This document shows, one piece after another, positions 17,320-24,985 of a stretch of DNA of 36,657 bases. The stretch is from Bordetella parapertussis (GTDB taxonomy: Bacteria > Pseudomonadota > Gammaproteobacteria > Burkholderiales > CAIKXV01). Both the position numbers and the translations under genes were made by a program. The notes under the pieces were generated by a model, which worked only from the letters and a program-made list of their open reading frames with translations, did no database searches and had not been told where the DNA came from. Position 1 is the stretch's first letter; each line of letters begins with the position of its first letter. The stretch is taken from positions 1 to 36,657 of the forward strand of contig CAMDXD010000001.1 of NCBI GenBank assembly GCA_945877995.1. The letters are read 5' to 3'.

Positions 17320-17422
17320 TCACCCGGCGCATCTCATCACGATTGCGTGCCGCGACGCGCGGTGAAAGGACAGCCGCATGCAAGACGGCGCCAGGGGCTG
17401 ACCACAGACTCCGCGGCCAGGA

Positions 17423-18424
17423 CTACTGCGGCCGTATCCCCGCCGCCTTCATCACCTTGCGCCACTTCGCCAGCTCGCTGCGCAGGTATTCGCCGAACTG
17501 CTCGGGCGTGCTGCCGACGACCTTGCCGCCAGCCGCCTCCAGCGCGGCGCGCAGGTCGGGCGCGTCGCGCAGCATCGCGACGATCTCGGCATTGAGCCGC
17601 TGCACGATCTCGCGCGGCGTGCCGCTGCGCACGACCACCGCATGCCAGGACTCTGCAGCGAAGCCCGGATAGCCCTGTTCCGCGACCGTGGGCACGTCGG
17701 GCAACGGCGCGAAGCGGCCGGGCGAGGACACCGCGAGCGCACGCAGCCGCCCGGCCTTCACCTGCTGCACCATGATGATCGGCGTGAGCATGCCCATCGA
17801 CACATGGCCGGCCATGATGTCGCTCGCTGCAGGGTTGTCACCCTTGTAGGGGACATGGGTGAGCTTCATGCCTGCGGCCAGGCTCAGGTACTCGGCCACC
17901 AGGTGGGTCGCGGTGCCCTGGCCGGTGGTGGCGTTGGTGAGTTCCAGCGGCTTCGACCGGGCGAGTCGCACCAACTCAGGCAGCGAACGCACCGGCAGCG
18001 AGGGGTTCGCCACCAGCACGAACGGAAAGGTCGCGACCAGGGTGACCGGCGCCACGTCCTGCAACGGATCGTAGACCGGCTTCTCCTGGCCAGCCGGGGT
18101 GGTGGCGAGCACGCCGGCGGCGCCGACGAACAGGGTGTAGCCGTCAGATGGCGCCTTGAGCAGCGCCTCGACGCCGATCATGCCAGCGGCACCGGGCCGG
18201 TTCTCGACCAGCACTGGCCGGCCGAGCGCATCACCGAGCCGCACGGCGATCATCCGGCCGGTCGTGTCGACCGCACCACCCGCAGCGAACGGAACGATCA
18301 TGCGCAAGGGCCTTGCCGGCCACCCCGCCGCAGGTCCCTCGGCTGCCAGCACGGCCGACGGCACAGCCGACGACAGACCTGCGCCGGCCAGCAGGCCGAT
18401 CGACAACAGCACGCTTCGCTTCAT
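17423..18424 (-). CDS. Bug-family periplasmic substrate-binding protein
   Basis: 333 aa. Signal peptide then RPLRMIVPFAAGGAVDTTGR, and a C-terminal EQFGEYLRSELAKWRKVMKAAGIRPQ. Confidence 0.9.
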   Translation of the reverse strand: MKRSVLLSIGLLAGAGLSSAVPSAVLAAEGPAAGWPARPLRMIVPFAAGGAVDTTGRMIAVRLGDALGRPVLVENRPGAAGMIGVEALLKAPSDGYTLFVGAAGVLATTPAGQEKPVYDPLQDVAPVTLVATFPFVLVANPSLPVRSLPELVRLARSKPLELTNATTGQGTATHLVAEYLSLAAGMKLTHVPYKGDNPAASDIMAGHVSMGMLTPIIMVQQVKAGRLRALAVSSPGRFAPLPDVPTVAEQGYPGFAAESWHAVVVRSGTPREIVQRLNAEIVAMLRDAPDLRAALEAAGGKVVGSTPEQFGEYLRSELAKWRKVMKAAGIRPQ

Positions 18425-18473
18425 CTTTCTACTCCCCGAGCGGCGGTGCTCTGGTCGGCACCGCGCGCTGCCC

Positions 18474-19373
18474 TCAAAGGTACTGCCGGTACCAGTCGAC
18501 CGTCTCTCTCATCACGACCTCGAACACCTCGGCGTTGATCTCCTGGTAGACCTCCTTGTGGTCCATGCCCGGGATGATGAACAGCTTCTTCGGCTCGCCC
18601 GCCTTCGCATGCAGCGTGCGTCCTTCCTCGACCGGCACCATCGTGTCGCGCTCGGTATGGATGAACAGCGCGGCACGCGGCGAGATCCGGTGCACCACGT
18701 CCTCGGGACGGAAGGTCATCGCGGCGTCGACGCTCTCCAGCGGATAGCCTTCCGGGTACTGGCCCTCGTAGCGCTGCCCTTCGGCATAGGCATCGGCCTG
18801 GCGCTGCGTGATGCCCGGCCCCTGCGGGAACAGCACCTGGTAGGGGAGCCGCTTCGACTGCCCGGTCATCACCCGGCGGATACGGTCTTCCTTCAGCTCG
18901 TCCATCAGCCTGAGCATCTCCCAGGTCGGGCGCTTGCTGCGCGTCCAGCGCTCGCCGTTGGCCGGGCCCGCGACATCCACGACGCACCGGACCCGCTCGT
19001 CGATGGCCGCTGCATAGGTGACGGTGGCCCCGCCAAAGCTCACCCCGAACAGGCCGACCCGGGCCGGATCGACTTCCGGCCGCTGCTGCATGAAGGTGAC
19101 CGCGTTGACGATGTCGCTCACCTGCTCCATCGGGATGTTGCGGGTGCGCACGCCCTCGCTGTCGCCGAAGCCACGGTGATAGAAGATCAGCGCCACGTAA
19201 CCGTGCGCGATCAGGTGGCGGGCGAAGGCTGGCATGTAGACGTCCCGGCGGCCCGAGTTGCCGTGGACGCAGATCACGGCCGGGCGCCGCTCGCCCGGCG
19301 CGAGGCCGTCAGGCACGTAGATGCGGGCCGAGATCTTCAGGCAATCGCTGTAGTAGAACAGGTCTTCTTGCAC
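18474..19373 (-). CDS. Alpha/beta hydrolase (dienelactone hydrolase/esterase-like)
   Basis: 299 aa. Nucleophile elbow GVSFGG (GxSxG) after VICVHGNSG. Confidence 0.85.
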   Translation of the reverse strand: MQEDLFYYSDCLKISARIYVPDGLAPGERRPAVICVHGNSGRRDVYMPAFARHLIAHGYVALIFYHRGFGDSEGVRTRNIPMEQVSDIVNAVTFMQQRPEVDPARVGLFGVSFGGATVTYAAAIDERVRCVVDVAGPANGERWTRSKRPTWEMLRLMDELKEDRIRRVMTGQSKRLPYQVLFPQGPGITQRQADAYAEGQRYEGQYPEGYPLESVDAAMTFRPEDVVHRISPRAALFIHTERDTMVPVEEGRTLHAKAGEPKKLFIIPGMDHKEVYQEINAEVFEVVMRETVDWYRQYL

Positions 19374-19467
19374 GGCAGTTCCTCCGGTGACGACGGGGAA
19401 GATACGACAACTGGCTGCCGGGTGGCGCCCTGACGTGCAGCACGCAGGTCGATCGTGCGGCGGGACA

Positions 19468-19980
19468 TCACTCCTCCGGACGGGACGGCCCCTTGCCTGT
19501 CGCCTGCAGGATGACGGATATCAGATGTGCCGGCGGAGCGAAGCGTTCCGACAGGCGCAGGGTGCGCGCGAGGCACTGGTCGCAACGGGAGACGTGGCAG
19601 ACATCGACGAAGAAGTCGGCGGGCGCACGCAAGCGCTCGTCGAGCGCGCAGGCGAGCAGGGCGTGCAGCGCATCGTCGGCCGGATGGCGCGGAACAGACG
19701 CCCGGCGGCTGGCGGATCCGGTCACGTGCTGGTCATTGACGGCCGCCGCTGCAAGCGGCACCTCGGGCGCTTCCACGGCCAGTTCGTCGACGATGCCCAG
19801 CTCCGGCTGCAGCGGCAAACTGCGAAACAGGCCCACCATCAGCGCGAGTTCGAGCAGCGCCTCGCGGCATGCCCGACAGCCCTGGACGTGGAAGCTTTCA
19901 ACGGTCATGCCGCTGCCCTGCGGGTTGTCGAACAGCAGCGCGTCCAGCTCGGCGGAATCCAGGTGGCCACGCGTCTCCAC
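19468..19980 (-). CDS. Cytoplasmic zinc-binding anti-sigma factor (ZAS/ChrR-type anti-sigma domain)
   Basis: From the GTG start at 19980 the residues are H6, H31, C35 and C38 (HVQGCRAC, an HxxxCxxC motif). There is no transmembrane segment. A second Cys cluster CHVSRCDQC is present. The gene lies directly downstream of the ECF sigma gene. Confidence 0.7.
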   Translation of the reverse strand: METRGHLDSAELDALLFDNPQGSGMTVESFHVQGCRACREALLELALMVGLFRSLPLQPELGIVDELAVEAPEVPLAAAAVNDQHVTGSASRRASVPRHPADDALHALLACALDERLRAPADFFVDVCHVSRCDQCLARTLRLSERFAPPAHLISVILQATGKGPSRPEE

Positions 19981-20000
19981 GCGCTACCCCTGCGGTGCAG

Positions 20001-20510
20001 TCATGCCAGCAACCACGGGCGTTCGCCCAGCTTCGACGACAGACCGTCGCGCAGCGCGCGCGTGCCCCGTGACACCCGCTGCGCCGCATTGGCCTGCGAC
20101 AGGCCGAAGATGGCGGCGATCGACTGCTGGCCCATCGCGTACTGGTAGCGGCTGGCGACCGCTTTCTGCTGGCGGGGCGGCAGCTTTTCGTAGCTGTGGA
20201 CGATGAGGGTCCGCACTTCGGCGAGCAGCGTATCGGCCTCGGGATCGTTCGGGGGAAGCAGATCATGGGCCGGACGGAGCCGGGCACGCGCGAACGACAA
20301 TGCTTCGTTATTCACGACCTCGAGCAGCCTCACGAAGACCCTCCGGGTCACGTCCTCGGCATCGTAGCGCCCGAGGCAGGCGTCGCGGCAGGCGCTGCAG
20401 TAGATGAAGCGGACATACTTGCGTACGAAACGATCGATGCCGCCCGGATCGCTGGCGATGACGGCTTCGATGAGGGCGCGGTCGGCGTCCACGTCAGAAC
20501 GAGTAGACAT
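20001..20510 (-). CDS. ECF-type sigma-70 family RNA polymerase sigma factor
   Basis: 169 aa. A region-2-like N-terminus and a region-4 HTH (LPPRQQKAVASRYQYAMGQQSIAAIFGLSQANAAQRVSRGTRALR). Confidence 0.85.
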   Translation of the reverse strand: MSTRSDVDADRALIEAVIASDPGGIDRFVRKYVRFIYCSACRDACLGRYDAEDVTRRVFVRLLEVVNNEALSFARARLRPAHDLLPPNDPEADTLLAEVRTLIVHSYEKLPPRQQKAVASRYQYAMGQQSIAAIFGLSQANAAQRVSRGTRALRDGLSSKLGERPWLLA

Positions 20511-20623
20511 TCAGCTGGGAACGAAAATTTGAGTACCTGTGACATTTTGCAATGTTTTCTGCCCGAATGTGTGGTGGGCTCAGATCAGCAGTTACGCAGG
20601 CTCACGCCAACGCCCTCGACATT

Positions 20624-20639
20624 TGGAATATGCTTTGCA
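20624..20639 (+). promoter_or_regulatory. Weak sigma-54-like -24/-12 element upstream of the nitrile-hydratase-family operon
   Basis: TGGAAT ATGCT TTGCA has GG and TTGCA at the consensus spacing. The predicted start near 20650 would leave GGGAGAGG as the RBS before ATG 20664. It is an imperfect match in an AT-rich stretch. Confidence 0.3.
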
Positions 20640-20663
20640 GCAGAACGTATGGGAGAGGCGGCA

Positions 20664-21023
20664 ATGAGCGAAGCAGCAGAGAAGCGCCTGGCGGCCGACA
20701 TCGGCGGCGACCCGGCCGGCCCGGTGGACACCGCCGATCACGGCATGAAGTTCTGGGAAAAGCAGGCGAACGCGATGCGTTCGACGCTGGGCCGCAAGGG
20801 CATCACGCGCACCGACGAACTGCGCCGCGCGGCGGAAGAGCTTGGCGAGCGCTACGCCGGGCTGGCCTACTTCGAGCGTACGACCAGCGCACTGCGCACC
20901 ATCCTCATCGAGAAGGGCCTCATCACCGAGGACGAACTCGTGGCGAAGATGGCCGAAGTGCGGGCGCGCTTCGACGTACCAGGCGGTACGCAGCCCTCGC
21001 CTGCGCAGCGGAGCGGCCAATGA
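20664..21023 (+). CDS. Nitrile hydratase family beta subunit, N-terminal-half-like subunit
   Basis: 119 aa. The helical segment ERYAGLAYFERTTSALRTILIEKGLITEDEL resembles the NHase beta N-domain. An alternative ATG exists at 20649. Confidence 0.65.
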   Translation: MSEAAEKRLAADIGGDPAGPVDTADHGMKFWEKQANAMRSTLGRKGITRTDELRRAAEELGERYAGLAYFERTTSALRTILIEKGLITEDELVAKMAEVRARFDVPGGTQPSPAQRSGQ

Positions 21024-21358
21024 ACACGACCTCCGCGGCCTCCGACACGGGGGTGTCGGCCTACACGCCCGCGCCCGGGCATCTCTACAACGTAGGCGAC
21101 CGGGTGCGGATCCGGCGCAACTATCCGCCCGGCCATCGCCGCACGCCCAACTACATCAAGGGCAAGACCGGCGTCATCGAGCGCATCTGCGGTGCCTTCC
21201 CCAACCCCGAAGAACTCGCCTACGGGTTCGCGGGCGAGCCGAAGAAGGTCCTCTACCGTGTGCGCTTCATGCAGAACACCGTGTGGCCCGACTACCAGGG
21301 GCCCGCACGCGATCTCATCGAGATGGAAGTCTTCGAGCACTGGCTCGAGCCGGCCTGA
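21020..21358 (+). CDS. Nitrile hydratase family beta subunit, C-terminal (SH3-like) half subunit
   Basis: ATGA overlap with the preceding gene. GDRVRIRRNYPPGHRRTPNYIKGKTGVIERI...YRVRF...LIEMEVFEHWLE matches the NHase beta C-terminal pattern. Confidence 0.75.
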   Translation: MNTTSAASDTGVSAYTPAPGHLYNVGDRVRIRRNYPPGHRRTPNYIKGKTGVIERICGAFPNPEELAYGFAGEPKKVLYRVRFMQNTVWPDYQGPARDLIEMEVFEHWLEPA

Positions 21359-21394
21359 AGCGGTCCGGAACCCTACCCGCCAGAGAGTCACGAC

Positions 21395-22099
21395 ATGCAC
21401 GATCATCCGTTCGACCACTACGCCAACCGTCGTCCGGGTCATGGCCATGGCCACGACCACGACCACGATGCGCACCATCCAATCGAAGAGCGCGACGACG
21501 GCCCTCCCTCGGAATACGAGATCATGAGCCGCGCCATGCAGGAATTGCTCGAGGCGAAGGGCCTCATCACCGCCGATGAAGTGCGCGAGCGCATGGAGGT
21601 GTTCGACGAAGCGTTTCCGTACCGGGGCGCGATGGTGGTGGCGCATGCATGGACCGATCCGGCGTTCAAGCAGCGCCTGCTCGCCGACGGCAAGGCTGCC
21701 ATCTCGGAACTGGGCATCGGCATGGAGGCCGAGCGCCTGATCGCGGTCGAGAACACCCTCGAGGTGCACAACGTCATCGTGTGCACGCTGTGTTCATGCT
21801 ATCCGCGAACCCTGCTCGGCATGCCGCCGACCTGGTACAAGAGCGACAACTACCGCGCACGGGTCGTCTATGAGCCGCGCGCAGTCCTGAAAGAATTTGG
21901 CACTGAACTGCCCGACGACGTGACCATGCGCGTCCACGATTCGAACGCCGACATGCGCTACATCGTAGTCCCCATGCGCCCGGCCGGCACCGAAGGCTGG
22001 AGCGAGGAGAAGCTAGCCGAGATGTTGACCCGGGACACGCTGGTGGGCGTGACCGTGCCGCGCGTTCGGAAGGATTTGCCTGGCAGCCCTGCTGCTTGA
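21395..22099 (+). CDS. Nitrile hydratase family alpha-type (metal-binding) subunit, cobalt-type, with a His-rich N-terminal extension
   Basis: Claw-setting motif VCTLCSCYP followed by GMPPTWYKSDNYRARVV. The N-terminus MHDHPFDHYANRRPGHGHGHDHDHDAHH is His/Asp-rich. Confidence 0.9.
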   Translation: MHDHPFDHYANRRPGHGHGHDHDHDAHHPIEERDDGPPSEYEIMSRAMQELLEAKGLITADEVRERMEVFDEAFPYRGAMVVAHAWTDPAFKQRLLADGKAAISELGIGMEAERLIAVENTLEVHNVIVCTLCSCYPRTLLGMPPTWYKSDNYRARVVYEPRAVLKEFGTELPDDVTMRVHDSNADMRYIVVPMRPAGTEGWSEEKLAEMLTRDTLVGVTVPRVRKDLPGSPAA

Positions 22100-22133
22100 C
22101 GAGGCACGCCTTGCGTGGGCAGCCTGGCGACTT

Positions 22134-23129
22134 CTAGTCCGGCTTGATGCCCACGGCTTTCACGATATTCGCGAACTTCTCCTGTTCCGCCAGAACGTAG
22201 GCGCGGGTGCGCTCGGGCGTCATCACCATCGCCTCAGCGGTGAGCTGGGCCATCCGCTCCTTTACTTCCGGGCGAGCCAGCGCCTTGTTGATCTCTTCGT
22301 TCAGGCGGGTGACCACCGCCGCGGGCGTGCCGGCCGGTGCAAACAGGGTATGGAACTCCTGTACGTCGTAGCCCTTCAATCCCTGTTCGTCCAGCGTGGG
22401 CACCGACGGAAGGTAGGGAGAACGAGTCAGTCCGGTCACACCCAGGACCCGCAGCTTGCCTGCCTGGATGTAGGGCAACGAAGTGAGCAGGTTGACGACG
22501 TTTATCTGCAGCTCGTTGGCCATCTGGGCGGTGACCGCGATGGAACCCGTCTTGAACGGCACATGCACGATATCGATGCCTGCAAGGCTCTTGAACAGCT
22601 CCCCTGCAAGGTGCGTTATGCCGCCGGTGCCGCCTGAGCCGAACAGGAGTTTGCCCGGCTGCGCCTTGGCAAGCGCGACCAGCTCCGCAACCGTGTTCGC
22701 TGGCACGGCGGTGCCGACCAACAGCGTATTGGTGATCGTGGCAATCGCTGCGACGGGCACCATCGTACGCAGGTCATACGGAACGTTGAGGTAGACGCTG
22801 GGCGCGATGACCTGGCTGTTGCCTACGGTCACGAGCGTATAGCCATCGGGCGCGGCTTTCACTGCAGCTGCCATCCCGATGCGTCCTGCCGCACCCAGAC
22901 GGTTGTCGACGATGACCGGCTGCCCCATCTGTTCGCCGATCTTCTGGCCGATCAGGCGCGCAAGGACGTCGTACGAGCCGCCTGGGCCATACGGCACGAT
23001 GATCGTGAGGCGCCGAGCTGGAAAGCTTTCGGCGGCGAAGACGACAGGCGACAGGAAAGCCGCTGAAAGCGGCATGAAAGCCAGGCATCGGCGTACTGCG
23101 GCGCTCAGTCGTGCATGTCTGTTGCTCAT
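22134..23129 (-). CDS. Bug-family periplasmic substrate-binding protein
   Basis: 331 aa. Signal peptide then RRLTIIVPYGPGGSYDVLAR, and a C-terminal EKFANIVKAVGIKPD. Confidence 0.9.
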   Translation of the reverse strand: MSNRHARLSAAVRRCLAFMPLSAAFLSPVVFAAESFPARRLTIIVPYGPGGSYDVLARLIGQKIGEQMGQPVIVDNRLGAAGRIGMAAAVKAAPDGYTLVTVGNSQVIAPSVYLNVPYDLRTMVPVAAIATITNTLLVGTAVPANTVAELVALAKAQPGKLLFGSGGTGGITHLAGELFKSLAGIDIVHVPFKTGSIAVTAQMANELQINVVNLLTSLPYIQAGKLRVLGVTGLTRSPYLPSVPTLDEQGLKGYDVQEFHTLFAPAGTPAAVVTRLNEEINKALARPEVKERMAQLTAEAMVMTPERTRAYVLAEQEKFANIVKAVGIKPD

Positions 23130-23171
23130 CGCGCTACCCTCCTTGAAGTCGGAAACTGCAGGACAGACCCA

Positions 23172-24560
23172 TCAGTCGACGGACGCCAGCGCTTCGATCT
23201 GGACATGCGCGCCGGCCACAGGGCCCGGGCCTTGTATGCACACGAACTCGATGGCTGGCGCGCAGTGCGCCTGGAGGAACGCCTCCCGGATCTCTTCATG
23301 GATCCAGATGTCACCCGAGTTGCGAACATAGACCGTGGTCTTCGTGAGCTGCTCGAGTGCCACGTTGGCATTCACGCAGATGCGTTGGAGCAATCGCCAT
23401 GCAGCCCAGCACTGGGCCGCGAAACCGCGACTGTTCTCGTAACGCGCAAGGTCGCCCACGGCGCGGCGACCTGTCTCGTCATCCAGGCCGTCGACCGAGT
23501 CGACCAGTCGTCCGGCCTCGTTCAGCCCAAGCACGCCAGCGAAGAAACAGAGCGGTCCTGCACGCATGGCCGCCGGACCCGCGAATGGCTGGCGCACAGG
23601 CCAGGCGACAGGGTGAACGTCGAATCCAACCGCACGCCTGGCAGCGGTCAGTTCGATCTCGAGCAATGTTCCGCGGTGCCCGACCTCGTTGAACCCGGTG
23701 ACAGACAAGGCAGGCGACGTGTCGGGATAGAAGTGCTTGTGGACGCGGTGGAACGTTCCGTAGTCACGTAGGTCCTGCAGGAACACGCTCATGTGCAGCA
23801 CGTCGGACAGGGCTAGTCCCTGGGCCGTCAGGTTCTCGAGGATCTGCGAATAGACATACCAGGCCTGTGCGGCCATCGGACCTTCGCGGCTGTCGGGGTG
23901 GCTGCGTCCGGTTGCGAGGAATCGGCCCTCGACCGGCACGTCTTCGAATCCCCGCACGACCGGCTTGCCCGGCTCGCTGGTCTTGATCGGGATATGCCCG
24001 GCCAGGAACACCAGCGGGCCACACGCAACGCTCTGCGAATAGTAGGAAGCGGACGGCAGCGTCTGGTTGTCGTATGCGCGCACGGTGGAACGCTCCGAGA
24101 ACAGCGGATGCTCGCCGGGGACCACCGACAACGCGTCATAACCCAACCAGCGGGAGAAGCGACCCGTGACCTCGGCGACCCCGAGGCCGCTGCTCGGCGC
24201 CGGAACTGTCTCCCAGTGCTTTCGCATCCGCTCATGCACCGGGAAAAAACGCTTGTCGCGCTGCCAAGTGTGTCGACGCAGGATCTGGGTCATGTCGCTG
24301 CCGGCCGCGCGCAACACCTGGTCGAGGTTGGCATGCACCGACCAACTGTCGACGGCAACTTCGCGCTCGGTGCATTCAGCGATATCGAAAGTGTTCCAGT
24401 TTGCGCGCAACGATTCGGGCATCTGCTGGATGCCCTGGGCTGCGTCGCAAAAATCGCCCCGGACCCCGCTCAGGAAGACGATGCCGTTCGATACGATCGC
24501 AGCGGGATAGCCGCGCACGATGGGTGTAACGTTGGCGACAGTAATGCGACGGCGCGCCAT
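23172..24560 (-). CDS. Triple RidA/YjgF/L-PSP-domain fusion protein (462 aa)
   Basis: Three successive RidA-like modules, each opening with a buried strand-turn (AAIVSNGIVFLSGVRG, SVACGPLVFLAGHIP, AMRAGPLCFFAGVLG) and each about 130-160 aa long. Confidence 0.8.
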   Translation of the reverse strand: MARRRITVANVTPIVRGYPAAIVSNGIVFLSGVRGDFCDAAQGIQQMPESLRANWNTFDIAECTEREVAVDSWSVHANLDQVLRAAGSDMTQILRRHTWQRDKRFFPVHERMRKHWETVPAPSSGLGVAEVTGRFSRWLGYDALSVVPGEHPLFSERSTVRAYDNQTLPSASYYSQSVACGPLVFLAGHIPIKTSEPGKPVVRGFEDVPVEGRFLATGRSHPDSREGPMAAQAWYVYSQILENLTAQGLALSDVLHMSVFLQDLRDYGTFHRVHKHFYPDTSPALSVTGFNEVGHRGTLLEIELTAARRAVGFDVHPVAWPVRQPFAGPAAMRAGPLCFFAGVLGLNEAGRLVDSVDGLDDETGRRAVGDLARYENSRGFAAQCWAAWRLLQRICVNANVALEQLTKTTVYVRNSGDIWIHEEIREAFLQAHCAPAIEFVCIQGPGPVAGAHVQIEALASVD

Positions 24561-24586
24561 CAGTTGATCCTCCAGTGCGCGGAACG

Positions 24587-24607
24587 CTGTTCATCGCATA
24601 TGAACAG
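24587..24607. promoter_or_regulatory. Perfect 8-bp inverted repeat (candidate operator or 5' UTR hairpin) upstream of the triple-RidA gene
   Basis: CTGTTCAT-cgcat-ATGAACAG, located 27-47 nt upstream of ATG 24560 on the minus strand. Confidence 0.3.
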
Positions 24608-24659
24608 GATCCAAGCGTCATGCATCGTTGCAGAATGACGTTCAGGCGTCAAATGGGCC

Positions 24660-24939
24660 TTGGTCCCGATGATGGCCAGCCCCTCTGAACCAGTGTCGGC
24701 GTTACCTGCCGACGACCGCCGTCGCATGCTCGATATCGGGCCCGTCTGGGCAACCAACTTCAGGCTTCATCGCCAGATGGTCCTCGATGTCTATAGCCCC
24801 CCTTCTGGAGCGCTCCGACAAGGACGGGGTAGTCGCGGTGCGTGATATTCCATACGGGTCTCATCCAGGACAGCGCCTGAGTTCGACGCGCGGCAAGGCA
24901 ATGCCGATCGTCCGGCTGCGCAACCATAATCACTCTTGA
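24660..24939 (+). pseudogene. 5' remnant of an alpha/beta-hydrolase (esterase/lipase-like) gene, frameshifted at a C6 run and truncated
   Basis: Frame 0 reads ...LDIGPVWATNFRLHRQMVLDVYSP up to the C-run 24797-24802. Frame +1 then continues LLERSDKDGVVAVRDIPYGSHPGQRL... and stops at 24937-24939. The catalytic core is absent. Confidence 0.45.
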
Positions 24940-24985
24940 AGAGATACTCGGTCGGGACATCCTCGACTTCGTTTTCCGGCGTTGA

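Noticed and set aside
17320-17422. A rho-independent terminator between the convergent CoA-transferase and Bug genes (hairpin CCGCG-acg-CGCGG near 17352-17364). A similar weak hairpin lies at 22100-22133.
   Set aside because: The stems are only 5 bp and no U-tract follows. That is not enough evidence to call a terminator.
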